Shown: piece after piece, positions 1-8,112 of the stretch
Numbering within the stretch: position 1 is the first letter of the stretch
How the letters are laid out: every line of letters begins with the position of its first letter
Assembly (NCBI GenBank): GCA_045863235.1
Contig: BTUM01000112.1
Location: forward strand, 1-21,866
Direction of reading: 5' to 3'
Source: Candidatus Xenobia bacterium
GTDB taxonomy: Bacteria > Vulcanimicrobiota > Xenobia > Xenobiales > QWHO01
Length of the DNA stretch: 21,866 nt
The notes under the pieces: generated by a model
Told to the model about the DNA's origin: nothing
Seen by the model: only the letters and a program-made list of their open reading frames with translations
Database searches by the model: none
Translations under genes and position numbers: made by a program

Positions 1-67
1 TTTCCCTAGCAGGGGCGCCATTGCTGGCTGCCTGTAGGCATCATACCAGCACAGGAGGAACCACACC

Positions 68-702
68 ATGAGAGGCCACATCACCAAGCGCGGTGACAAC
101 TACCGAGTCGAGATTCACATTGGCTATGGCGACGACGGCAAGCGGGTGCGCCATCGGAAGACCCTGTCCACGAAGAAGGCAGCCCCCGGAGGCGCGAGCT
201 GAGGGTGTTGCACTCGAGCGACCTCAGCAAATTCGTGCAGGCCGCGCTACAGGAGCTGCGCCTGGGCGCGATGTGGGTGCTGGCCCTGGCCACCGGGATG
301 CGGCCCGAGGAGCACCTGGGACTCTTCTGGTCGGACTTCAGCCTGGACTACCGGAAGGTCACCGTGAACCGGGCCCTGGTGCGCTTCGTCCGCAAGGTCG
401 AGGGCCTGCCCAAGTGGCGTTTCGAGCCGCCCAAGACGGACAAGAGCCGCCGCACGCTCGCGCTCGAGCCCGAGATGGCCGAGCTGCTGCGCCAGCACCG
501 CGACCAGCAGAACCTGGAGAAGGAGTATGCCGGGTCGGCCTACGACGACCTCGGCCTGGTCTTCGCCAACGAGCTGGGCGGCCCGCTCTACCTGGACAAC
601 CTGCGCGCCAGGAACTTCAAGCGGGTGCTGCTGCGCGCTGGCCTGCCGACCAACCTGACCGTGTACAGTCTCAGACACAGCGCGGCATCGGCCCTGTTGA
701 TT
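68..702 (+). pseudogene. Tyrosine recombinase/integrase remnant (ICE/prophage type), internally deleted and C-terminally truncated
   Basis: AGGAGG at 53-58 and ATG at 68 give MRGHITKRGDNYRVEIHIGYGDDGKRVRHRKT, an arm-binding-like N-terminus that stops at 202. Another frame from about 184 reads PRRRELRVL...LATGMRPEE...PPKT...YSLRHSAASALLI (catalytic R, K and x-x-LRH box). The core-binding domain and the last His/Tyr catalytic segment are absent. Confidence 0.85.
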
Positions 703-926
703 GACATTGCGCAGCGGTGGCTTGTAGGATGCCCTAGGGTTACTAACATGTCATCCAAGAGCCAGCCATCAGGCCGAACCTGAAAATCGATCCGCTCGAT
801 TGCACCTAACCCAGGCTCTAACGGGAACTCGTTTGCAAGCATATGGGCCAGAAACCAAGCGCATACCTTATCTTCGAAAACGAACCCGCCTCCACCAGTG
901 CTTTTCGGGGGCGCTACTTGAGCCAT
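697..926 (-). pseudogene. N-terminal fragment of a PD-(D/E)xK-like nuclease domain, probably from a large defence-type NTPase gene
   Basis: ATG at 926 gives MAQVAPPKSTGGGGFVFEDKVCAWFL...IDFQVRPDGWLLDDMLV...RCAMSI, then runs into antisense integrase sequence. The STGGGGFxFE...DD...SxK pattern is recalled from N-terminal nuclease domains of STAND/NACHT-type proteins. GC is visibly lower than in flanking genes. Confidence 0.55.
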
Positions 927-1064
927 GAGCCGCGAATTCGCTGACCTGGGAGGGTACGCCTTTGTATCTGAGCTGGCCATCATCCTCGACTGCAAGTCAA
1001 GCAATTGCGTATGTGTCTCCAATTCAAACTGGTCATCCTGGACAATAAATGGTATGCTCATGTT

Positions 1065-1099
1065 CTGTAGCGCTCGCGCCAACGCGCGACGCGCTACAG
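1065..1099. repeat. Hairpin, 15-bp stem with one extrahelical C and a 4-nt loop
   Basis: CTGTAGCGC-TCGCGC-caac-GCGCGA-c-GCGCTACAG. Confidence 0.7.
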
Positions 1100-1232
1100 C
1101 AAGCTCACGCTATGTGATGAAGGTTGCCCGTGAGGGCGTTCCTTCTTCTCTGGCATGATGAGTTCGCGATAGGTTGGGCCTCTCGCTCATTTTCCAGCGG
1201 CTTAAGATGCCGCCCCCAGAGTAGTGGCCTGT

Positions 1233-1251
1233 GGGGACCATCGGGGGACCA
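1233..1251. repeat. Tandem 8-bp direct repeat with 11-bp period, possible integrase arm-type sites near an island end
   Basis: GGGGACCA at 1233-1240 and 1244-1251. A further 10-bp-period repeat, ACCATGC x2, lies at 1321-1337. The function is inferred. Confidence 0.4.
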
Positions 1252-1442
1252 ACTTGCCCCCATGGGTCGATCCTGCCCACCATGTGATGTCACGAAAACC
1301 GGCATGAAATAAGGCTCTTTACCATGCGTCACCATGCCTCAACATGGCCCAAAAAACTCTCGTACCTGGTATGAAAAAGGTCTTGGAGGAGTTTTGAGCT
1401 TGGTGGAACGAGATACTTCCTACCGGGACCGGGGCTTCTTCG

Positions 1443-1585
1443 GGGTGGGTTGGTCCAAAGGGGTCGTCCGATTGCTCATTTGGTCTGAGAGACCGTTCTC
1501 GTAAGTGGGCGCCCCACGGACCCGCCCGGTTGAGCTGTGAGCTCGCAGAGATAGGTGTCCGCTAAGTCACCCTACCAACCCACCC
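1443..1585 (+). ncRNA. Candidate IS110 bridge/seek RNA in the left non-coding end; boundaries approximate
   Basis: Perfect 12-bp closing helix GGGTGGGTTGGT (1443-1454)/ACCAACCCACCC (1574-1585) enclosing several small hairpins. CAGAGATA (1546-1553) is identical to the element's right-end sequence 2960-2967. Confidence 0.6.
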
Positions 1586-1612
1586 GCATTCATACCAGTG
1601 GGAGGCTTGACC

Positions 1613-2905
1613 GTGCAAACAGTAGGTCTGGACGTCCACAAGCATTTCGCTTACGCGTCCGCTTTCGACTCGGAAGGAAAGCTTCTGTGGTCCGATAGGT
1701 TCGCTTCGACCCCGGCCGATATCCAGGAATTCGCGATCCGGCGGCTTACCAAGGGTTGCCAGGTCGCCCTGGAGGCTACAACCAATTGCTTGGCGTTTGC
1801 GAAGCTGCTACGCAAGTACGCCCGGCGCGTCGTGATCTCCAATCCCATGCAGACCAAGGCCATCGCCCATGCGCGCGTCAAGACTGACAAGGTGGACGCC
1901 GCTACTCTGGCCCAGCTCTTGCGCACGGACTTCCTGCCCACCATCTGGGAGCCGGACGAGTACACGCAGGAGCTTCGGCGGCGCGTGGCTCATCGTCAGG
2001 CGCTCATGTCCACGCGCACCCAGACGAAAAACCGGATCCACGCGATCTTGCACCGTAACCTGGTGGTCAAAGAAGATGTCACTGACCTCTTCGGTAAGAA
2101 GGGGCGGGCCTTCCTCGAGCAACTCTGCCAAGCCGGGTTGCCCGAAGATGACGCTTGGCAGCTTGGGCACGAACTCAAGATGATTGACAGCATCGACGAG
2201 CAGCTCGGCGCCACGGAAGACTACCTGGCCGCCAAAGCGGCCGACTCGCGGCAGGCCCGGCTACTCGTCACCCTCCCCGGAGTGCAGTTCAAGACTTCAA
2301 TTGGTCTCTTGTCAGCGATCGGCCCGATCGACCGGTTCGCCGCGCCCAAGAAGCTGGTCAGCTACTTCGGGTTGAATCCTCGGGTGCGTCAGTCTGGTCG
2401 GGGACCGGCGTGGACGGGAAGCATCAGCAAGCAGGGACGCTCCCACGCTCGTTGGACCATCATCGAGGCGGCACAGACCACTGTTCGTTGCCCAGGGCCA
2501 CTGCAGTCATTCTATCTCCAGCTCCGCAAGAAGAAGGGGCATAAGGTGGCGGTGGTCGCGACGGCTCGCAAGATGGTTTGCATCATCTGGCACATGCTTC
2601 GGACCGGAGAAGCCTACCGCTGGGCGCCCCCGATTCGGACCAGCGAGAAACTGCGGAAACTGGAGCTCAAAGCTGGGGCACCCAAGCAGGTTTCAGGCAA
2701 ACAGAAGGGACAGCCTTCCACCGCGCAGGCCACCCGCGCTAAGCGCGAAGTGGACTGGGACCTGGCCAAGCTCGCACAGCAGCAGTATGTCGAGCTGGTG
2801 AAAGCCTGGAAAATCCAGAACGCCAAGAACGCGGAAAAGTCGGGTCTCGAAGCAATGACCCCTACGGCAGGTCGACCCAAGCGGGCTTCGAGACCCCAAA
2901 AGTGA
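1613..2905 (+). CDS. IS110-family transposase/recombinase (DEDD RuvC-like plus Transposase_20 domain) with C-terminal extension, 430 aa
   Basis: Motifs VGLDVH, VALEAT, KTDKVDA, LPGV, SYFGLNPRVRQSG (catalytic Ser), ISKQG, VATARK. GGAGG at 1601-1605 favours the GTG start at 1613. Confidence 0.95.
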   Translation: MQTVGLDVHKHFAYASAFDSEGKLLWSDRFASTPADIQEFAIRRLTKGCQVALEATTNCLAFAKLLRKYARRVVISNPMQTKAIAHARVKTDKVDAATLAQLLRTDFLPTIWEPDEYTQELRRRVAHRQALMSTRTQTKNRIHAILHRNLVVKEDVTDLFGKKGRAFLEQLCQAGLPEDDAWQLGHELKMIDSIDEQLGATEDYLAAKAADSRQARLLVTLPGVQFKTSIGLLSAIGPIDRFAAPKKLVSYFGLNPRVRQSGRGPAWTGSISKQGRSHARWTIIEAAQTTVRCPGPLQSFYLQLRKKKGHKVAVVATARKMVCIIWHMLRTGEAYRWAPPIRTSEKLRKLELKAGAPKQVSGKQKGQPSTAQATRAKREVDWDLAKLAQQQYVELVKAWKIQNAKNAEKSGLEAMTPTAGRPKRASRPQK

Positions 2906-3044
2906 TTGCCGGGCTGAGCTTCGAAACCCACGGAATGCTCCTGGCCGACTTGACTTTTTCAGAGATAATGAGCAGCTCGGGCAGGGGCGATTTTCGTTTC
3001 AGGCTAACGGTCGGGTACCAAACTCCGCGATCACGTTTCTGGTA

Positions 3045-3082
3045 GTGGTGGAAAATCCACCACACTGGTTGATTTTCCACCA
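3045..3082. repeat. Nested inverted repeats forming two mutually exclusive hairpins
   Basis: TGGTGGAAAATC (3046-3057)/GATTTTCCACCA (3071-3082) plus inner ACCA/TGGT; the alternative is GTGGTGGA-aaa-TCCACCAC (3045-3063). Confidence 0.75.
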
Positions 3083-3152
3083 AAGACCGAATGCAGACCA
3101 GGATCATGGTCATTACCCCTGAATTGAGCAGCCTCAAATGAGAGGAGGCCTT

Positions 3153-3578
3153 ATGCCCGATTATTCAGGGAGCTGCTTCTGTGGAGAGGTCGGCTTCACC
3201 GTTTCTGGTGAGCCAAAGGGGATGGGCTATTGCCACTGTGGCGATTGCCGAGCCTGGGCCGCGGCACCGATCAACGCTTTTACCTTATGGACCCCTGAGT
3301 CCGTGACGATCACACGAGGCGAAGATCGGATCGGGGTCTTTAACAAGTCCCCGCGCAGCTCTCGCAAATTCTGCCAGAGCTGCGGCGGGCATCTGATGAC
3401 TGAGCACCCCCATTGGAACCTGATCGACGTCTACGCCGCCCTCATCCCGGACTTCCCCTTCAAGCCGGGACTCCACGTACACTACCAGGAGACCGTGCTG
3501 CCTCTGCACGATGGCCTGCCCAAAATGAAAGACCTGCCAGCGGAAATGGGGGGGTCGGGCACCACCTTACCCGAGTAG
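3153..3578 (+). CDS. GFA/CENP-V family zinc-binding protein, 141 aa
   Basis: GSCFCGEV, CHCGDCR, RKFCQSCGGHL and the P-x-x-H-V motif. AGGAGG at 3143-3148 precedes ATG 3153. Confidence 0.92.
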   Translation: MPDYSGSCFCGEVGFTVSGEPKGMGYCHCGDCRAWAAAPINAFTLWTPESVTITRGEDRIGVFNKSPRSSRKFCQSCGGHLMTEHPHWNLIDVYAALIPDFPFKPGLHVHYQETVLPLHDGLPKMKDLPAEMGGSGTTLPE

Positions 3579-3764
3579 CCCAGCACGACGTCACCGTCCC
3601 GAACGAAGATTGCGTCTGCAGTGGCCAATCCACTGCGGCTACGCCTTGAGCGTGCGCATGCCCTATGAGCTGGTCAAGCCACCACTGGGTGCACGCGTCA
3701 CCTGAATCGTTCAGGGCACCAAATGGGTCCAAACCGTCCCCCAGGACCCTGGTTATGAAACTGG

Positions 3765-3804
3765 GCTTCCAGGTTTCTTTCACCCCTGCGTGAGAGAATC
3801 AGGC
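3765..3804 (+). promoter_or_regulatory. Putative promoter element similar to the one upstream of 17524
   Basis: Hand alignment with 17484-17526 gives 29 identities in 44 columns (2 gaps, start codons included). Confidence 0.4.
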
Positions 3805-5415
3805 GTGATCATCCGCCCTCTGACCAGCCTGCCGGTGGCCGCCACCGGGTCCACCGCCGACCCGGTCATCGAAGGCTGCAAGCGCGCTGCCCTTCAGCGC
3901 AAGCTGGAGGCCGGCCTGGACCGCTCGCAGGCCGAAGCCGAAATGGTTCGGGCCGACCGGGTCACCTGGAGCATCGGTCTGGCCGAGTCACGTCGGGAAT
4001 TCTGGCAGGCCTACTCCGAGGAGTTCGCCACCGGGGAGGCAGGCAAGGTCTTTCTGGAGCTGGTGGACGGGAGCTTCAACTCGAAAGCGGGCGTGGGCCA
4101 GCGCTACAGCATCGAGTGGGCGGGCAAGCTGGCTCACGCCATCGCCGACCCCGACAAGAGCACCACCCTCGGCCAGCGGCGCGACTTCTTTGCCGACCTG
4201 GCCGCCCGACCGGTCTGCCAGTATCACGGCGACAAAAAAAGCGCCATGGAGCTCTTTCGCCAGGAGGCGGCCCGCACCGACCCGACCCGCGCGGCCAGCC
4301 TGGTGGGCGACTTTCTGGAGGGGGTCGCTCGCCCTGAAGCCTGCGAGCGAGCCCTGCAAGATTACCGGTCGCTGGGCCTGGCCGAGCCGGATCGACGCTC
4401 GCAATACCTCGAGCTGATGGGGCGCGGTTACAGCGGAGAGTGGATCTCCCGCATGCTGGGCGAGCTCGAGAAACCCCTGGGAGACAGCTCGCTGGCCCAG
4501 CGCCAAGAGCTCCTGCAAGAGCTGGAGAAGCTCCCCTCGCTCAAGCAGCACCAGAGCAAGGTGGACAGCCTGGAGCTGGTGGCCGACCGGATACGGGACG
4601 GCCTGGAGTTCGGAGCCGCGCGTCAAGAGGTGCTCGACTTCTTGAGCCATTCCGGCCCGCTGGGCGGTCGGCCGGTCGACTTCCGCGAGCACCGGCTGCA
4701 CGAGCCCGAGCGCCAGGAGGCCTACCTCAAGAGCCTCAAGCTGGGGATGAGCGCCCTCTACGCCGGCCAGGCGACCGAGACGGTCAGCCAGCCGGCCGGC
4801 TCGACTCCCGGCGGCCAACAACTGGACGCCCTGGGTGAGCTGGTGGGCGATCACACCCAGGCCCTGCAACTGCACCGGAACAAGCTGGCTGCTCTGGCCG
4901 CGATGCGTGGTCGGCTGGAGCACGGGCAGAGCCTGGAGGCGGCCCGGGACCAGGTCAGCGACATGCTGTCGCGCATGCCGGCCGCGTCCTCAGAGGCCAT
5001 CGAGAGCGCCCTCTCGGCCAGCACGGCACCCACCCCCGCACCTGTTCTGGACCGCTTCAGCCAGTGGCTGGAGCAGGGTCTCTCGCCCCAGGCCGCGGCC
5101 CGGGGGCTCAGCCACTTCAGCGAGCAGGGCCGCGAGAGAATTCCGGGCACCGCCCCGGCCTACACCGACCTGATGCGCGGACGCTCCGACCCCGAGGAGG
5201 TCGAAGCCATGGCCTCGTCCTTTGAGCGCCTGCTGGGGCGCGGGGTCAGGCCCGAGAAGGTGGCCGAGCTTCTGGATCGCAACCAGGAGGCGGTGGTAGC
5301 CGGGCATCTCGACTCGGTGCTGGCGCACGTCGAGCCCGACCGCCCGCTCAACGTGCGCGAGGGTCCGGGCTTCGTCGACTTCGGCAGCGTGAGGGTGCGC
5401 ACCCGGACGAGTTGA
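3805..5415 (+). CDS. Hypothetical helical-repeat protein (three roughly 100-aa repeats) with C-terminal GSVRVRTR motif, 536 aa
   Basis: Long ORF with strong GC3 bias. GTG 3805 (MIIRPLTSLP) was chosen by alignment of the upstream element; GTG 3790 is the alternative. Repeats DYRSLGLAEPDRRSQYL / DFREHRLHEPERQEAYL. Confidence 0.85.
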   Translation: MIIRPLTSLPVAATGSTADPVIEGCKRAALQRKLEAGLDRSQAEAEMVRADRVTWSIGLAESRREFWQAYSEEFATGEAGKVFLELVDGSFNSKAGVGQRYSIEWAGKLAHAIADPDKSTTLGQRRDFFADLAARPVCQYHGDKKSAMELFRQEAARTDPTRAASLVGDFLEGVARPEACERALQDYRSLGLAEPDRRSQYLELMGRGYSGEWISRMLGELEKPLGDSSLAQRQELLQELEKLPSLKQHQSKVDSLELVADRIRDGLEFGAARQEVLDFLSHSGPLGGRPVDFREHRLHEPERQEAYLKSLKLGMSALYAGQATETVSQPAGSTPGGQQLDALGELVGDHTQALQLHRNKLAALAAMRGRLEHGQSLEAARDQVSDMLSRMPAASSEAIESALSASTAPTPAPVLDRFSQWLEQGLSPQAAARGLSHFSEQGRERIPGTAPAYTDLMRGRSDPEEVEAMASSFERLLGRGVRPEKVAELLDRNQEAVVAGHLDSVLAHVEPDRPLNVREGPGFVDFGSVRVRTRTS

Positions 5416-5457
5416 CCCGGGAAGTAGCTTTCGAGCCGCTGTCGAAGCACTCCCTCG

Positions 5458-5673
5458 ATGGTGTTGGCAATCGTGATGCTCTCGCTGGCGGTGGGCTTCC
5501 TGGGCTGGGCCGTGGGGGATGCCTCCCTGCCTCCCGACCAGCGCGCCAAGCTGCTGGGCACCGGCGCAGTCTTCCTCGCCCTGGGCCTGCTCTTCTTGCT
5601 CAGGCGTTTTCGCGGGCCGCGGCCCGATCGCGAGGAGCGTCGGCGTCTGCGTGACGAGCGCAGAGGCCGCTAA
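5458..5673 (+). CDS. Small membrane protein, two TM helices and an Arg-rich tail, 71 aa
   Basis: Two hydrophobic stretches (VLAIVMLSLAVGFLGWAV; LLGTGAVFLALGLLFLL) and host-like codon usage. Confidence 0.7.
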   Translation: MVLAIVMLSLAVGFLGWAVGDASLPPDQRAKLLGTGAVFLALGLLFLLRRFRGPRPDREERRRLRDERRGR

Positions 5674-5798
5674 TGTGCTCGCACTTTGGTTCTGCACCTT
5701 AGCACGATCTGACGAACGCGCCGGAACTGGGTTCCAACGCGCAGAAAGTCGAACAGCCGTTTCGAAGGCATTCTCGGTCTGCCGCCCAACAGCCCGCC

Positions 5799-7124
5799 AT
5801 GCAGAAGACCGGACGAAATGACCCCTGCCCCTGCGGCAGTGGGCTGAAACACAAGAAATGCTGCCTGGAGAAGGAACAGGCGGCTACTCCCCCGGTGCAC
5901 CCGGCTCACGCCGTCGACCATCAGCTGGTGGAGCGGCTCGGGAAGCTCCTGGACGGAAAGCCCGCCAGGTGGCTCGAGGAGCTGGTGGATGACTACGACG
6001 GGGGTTACGACGCGGACCTCGACGCCGAGTCGACCTGGTTCTATCCGTACGCCTTCTACCACTACCGCGGGACGCACGATGCCGACCCGACCCTGCTCGA
6101 GGAGCTGCTCGAGCGGAGCCGCTCCCTCACCGGCCCGGAGCTGGAGCTGGCCCGGGCCCACCAGGCGGCCCACGTCTCCCTCTGGCAGATGCTCCAAGCC
6201 AGGAACGGATGCGAGGTGCTGCTGCGCGACATGCTCCTCGGTGACCAGCGTTGGGTCTATGATGTCGGTCTGGTCGAGAGCTTCCGTCCCGGGCTGGCCT
6301 TCCTCGGCCGAGTGCTCGAGCTGGCCGGTCAGCACATCTTGATCGGGATGTTCCCCCGCCCACTCCCTCCGGCTTCAGCCGAGTCGATTGCGTCGGAGTT
6401 CCTGGCGTTTCACAAGCCTCACCGCAAGGTCACCCGCAAGCTCCTGCAAGAGCCCGACGGGGTCATCGAGCTGACCGATTCCTGGCGTGACGAAGTCGAG
6501 AGCCTGGACGATCAACCCCTGCCCAGGGTCTTCAATGCAGCAGGGCACGACCTGGTGCTCGTGAGGGACCGATTTGTGTTTGAATCGGGCGCTCGCGACG
6601 AGGTCCGGCAGCGATTGAGCCAGCACCGCCGATTCGTGCTGTCCGGCGAGCGGGGTCACCTCGAAACGGAGGGTGGCAAGATCATGGGCAGCTTCGAGCT
6701 CCAGGATCGAGCTCTCATCGTGGAAACCAGCTCCATCGAGCACGCCGAGGAGATAGAGGCGCTGTTGCGAGGCTGGGCGGTCCCGGGCTGGAAGCGAGCC
6801 CGGCGCGACAAGCGTAGCCCCGAGAAGCTCCTCCAAAAGGGGGGAAAGGTGCGACCTGCCAGCCAGACCCCGCTCCCTCCCGAGGCTCTGGAGGCCTTGA
6901 TGACCTTGAAGCGCGACTGGATGAGGCGCTGGCTGGACGAGCAGGTCCCCGCCCTGGACGGCCATACTCCGAGGGAGGCAGCCCGGAATCCCAAACTCCG
7001 GGATCGGTTGAGGGTCTTGCTCGACGATATCGAGTTCCGAGAGTCGGCTTGTCCCAGCGAGCAGCAAAGCGACATCGGCTGGCTGCGCAAGGAGCTGGGC
7101 CTTACGGGGGCGCCCGCGCACTGA
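5799..7124 (+). CDS. SEC-C motif protein with C-terminal Xre/MbcA/ParS-like (DUF2384-type) domain, 441 aa
   Basis: N-terminal [19 protein letters not shown]-terminal [18 protein letters not shown]. Confidence 0.85.
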   Translation: MQKTGRNDPCPCGSGLKHKKCCLEKEQAATPPVHPAHAVDHQLVERLGKLLDGKPARWLEELVDDYDGGYDADLDAESTWFYPYAFYHYRGTHDADPTLLEELLERSRSLTGPELELARAHQAAHVSLWQMLQARNGCEVLLRDMLLGDQRWVYDVGLVESFRPGLAFLGRVLELAGQHILIGMFPRPLPPASAESIASEFLAFHKPHRKVTRKLLQEPDGVIELTDSWRDEVESLDDQPLPRVFNAAGHDLVLVRDRFVFESGARDEVRQRLSQHRRFVLSGERGHLETEGGKIMGSFELQDRALIVETSSIEHAEEIEALLRGWAVPGWKRARRDKRSPEKLLQKGGKVRPASQTPLPPEALEALMTLKRDWMRRWLDEQVPALDGHTPREAARNPKLRDRLRVLLDDIEFRESACPSEQQSDIGWLRKELGLTGAPAH

Positions 7125-7274
7125 TCGCGGCGCCATTGCGGAGACGTAACGCAAGTTGAACCGGGGGCTCCCTGCGCTGACCTCCACTGACTCGTAATGC
7201 GCAAGCTCGTCGCCCAGGGCCAGGGAGACAAACACAGCCGAGGGCGAACCTGAGGTGGTCCAGGCGCGGGTCGC

Positions 7275-7327
7275 CCAGGAAGAACGCTTGTTTGTTCCCG
7301 GCGGGGACAAACAAGCGTTCTGCCTGG
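7275..7327. repeat. Long intergenic hairpin/palindrome (24 of 25 positions pair)
   Basis: CCAGG-a-AGAACGCTTGTTTGT-TCCC-ggc-GGGG-ACAAACAAGCGTTCT-g-CCTGG. Confidence 0.85.
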
Positions 7328-7506
7328 AGCCAGGGGCCGCGGTCGGCTGACGGTTCGCAGATGGCTCCATGGCGCTCGAAAAGCAGGGTGACTGGCCTCC
7401 AATCAGACCTCCAATCAGCGAGAGGGCAGGCCCAGGCTCTGAGCAGAGAGCGAGGTTGCGGCCAGAACTGCTCGTGAGAGGAGGGTTCTCATTGCCGGGT
7501 GTTCTG

Positions 7507-7556
7507 GAGGGGCAGGCCCGGGCCCCGTCGGGTCGGTGGTGATCGGCCTGCCCCTC
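7507..7556 (-). terminator. GC-rich inverted repeat just downstream of the minus-strand gene; terminator or REP-like
   Basis: GAGGGGCAGGCC (7507-7518)/GGCCTGCCCCTC (7545-7556). Large loop and no U-tract; a partial third copy lies near 7421-7433. Confidence 0.4.
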
Positions 7557-7574
7557 TTCAAGGTCCGGCGCCTG

Positions 7575-7907
7575 TCAGGCCGCGGGAGGCTGCTTTCTCT
7601 CCAGGGCTTCCACTCGGGCCTCCATGTGCTCTCTCCAGGCCCGCATCTCAGCGTCGCGCTCGAATAACCGGATCAGGTGCTCACCCAGGCTGGCAAAAGT
7701 ACCCTTCAAGCTCTGCAGGTCCTCATCCATCAGGCGACCCCTGGCCGCCATCCGGTCCATGTCCTCGGCCATCCGCTTCTGATCCTCGGCCATCCGCTTC
7801 TGATCCTCGGCCATCCGCTTCTGGTCCTCGGTGCTCGCTTTCACGTTGGCGCCAAGCGCTTCCAGGGAAGCCGCAATGAGCGCTATGTCCTTCGTCAGCT
7901 TCTCCAT
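7575..7907 (-). CDS. Small coiled-coil protein with heptad tandem repeat, 110 aa
   Basis: MEKLTKDIAL...(EDQKRMA)x3...RVEALERKQPPAA. The extension to 8060 in the ORF track looks non-coding. Confidence 0.75.
   Translation of the reverse strand: MEKLTKDIALIAASLEALGANVKASTEDQKRMAEDQKRMAEDQKRMAEDMDRMAARGRLMDEDLQSLKGTFASLGEHLIRLFERDAEMRAWREHMEARVEALERKQPPAA
7762..7831. repeat. 21-nt tandem repeat, about 3.3 copies, in frame
   Basis: TCCTCGGCCATCCGCTTCTGA at 7762, 7783 and 7804 (one mismatch), plus a partial copy at 7825. Confidence 0.95.
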
Positions 7908-8075
7908 CGCTAATGGCTGCAGATTTCGACAAAACCCCCGTGTCACGCCTCTTTTGGGCGAGGATGCAAGCCTGACCAGGAACCCGGACTTGTTGCGTCC
8001 GCTCAATGCCCTCCAGGGAGCCTGGAGCTTCTCCCATTCCAGGTTCGCGTCTGTCACCAATTTGCCACACAGATG

Positions 8076-8106
8076 ACTTTGCTTTGCAAAGTTTCCATGT
8101 TACCCT
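8076..8106 (+). promoter_or_regulatory. Sigma70-type promoter (extended -10) overlapped by a 17-bp palindromic operator
   Basis: ACTTTGC-ttt-GCAAAGT (8076-8092) covers TTGCTT (8079-8084). TGtTACCCT (8098-8106) ends 6 nt before ATG 8113; no SD. Confidence 0.6.
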
Positions 8107-8112
8107 CCGGGT

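Larger units (their letters stand above)
1410..2967 (+). mobile_element. IS110-family insertion sequence, about 1.55 kb
   Basis: Intact DEDD transposase with about 200 bp of structured left end and a short right end ending TTGACTTTTTCAGAGATA. GAGATA occurs at both proposed ends (1410-1415, 2962-2967). No terminal inverted repeats seen. Confidence 0.8.

Noticed and set aside
1..20. Possible tRNA 3' end (…GGGGCGCCA) as the integrase attachment site
   Set aside because: The bases where the T-loop should end read TTTC rather than GA(A/T)T, and the rest lies outside the window.
927..1082. N-terminal extension of the 588-1082 minus ORF
   Set aside because: The recognisable motif begins at ATG 926; the upstream part is probably unrelated decayed sequence.
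1065..1099. Integron attC site
   Set aside because: The hairpin has an extrahelical base but lacks flanking RYYYAAC/GTTRRRY boxes, and the integrase remnant is not IntI-like.
2950..2967. Strong circle-junction promoter for the IS110
   Set aside because: TTGACT is a good -35, but the hexamer 17 nt on in the joined circle is TACCGG, a poor -10, so it was not called.
1400..3122. Short ORF restored by removing the IS (LVERDNEQLGQGRFSF...) after GGAGGAG
   Set aside because: Under 60 codons, not protein-like, and it overlaps palindromic sequence; open frames this long arise by chance.
5699..5726. CIRCE (HrcA) operator
   Set aside because: Only TTAGCAC matches; the second half-site is absent.
7762..7831. 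CRISPR array
   Set aside because: The repeats are contiguous with no spacers, lie in a coding frame, and no cas genes are present.
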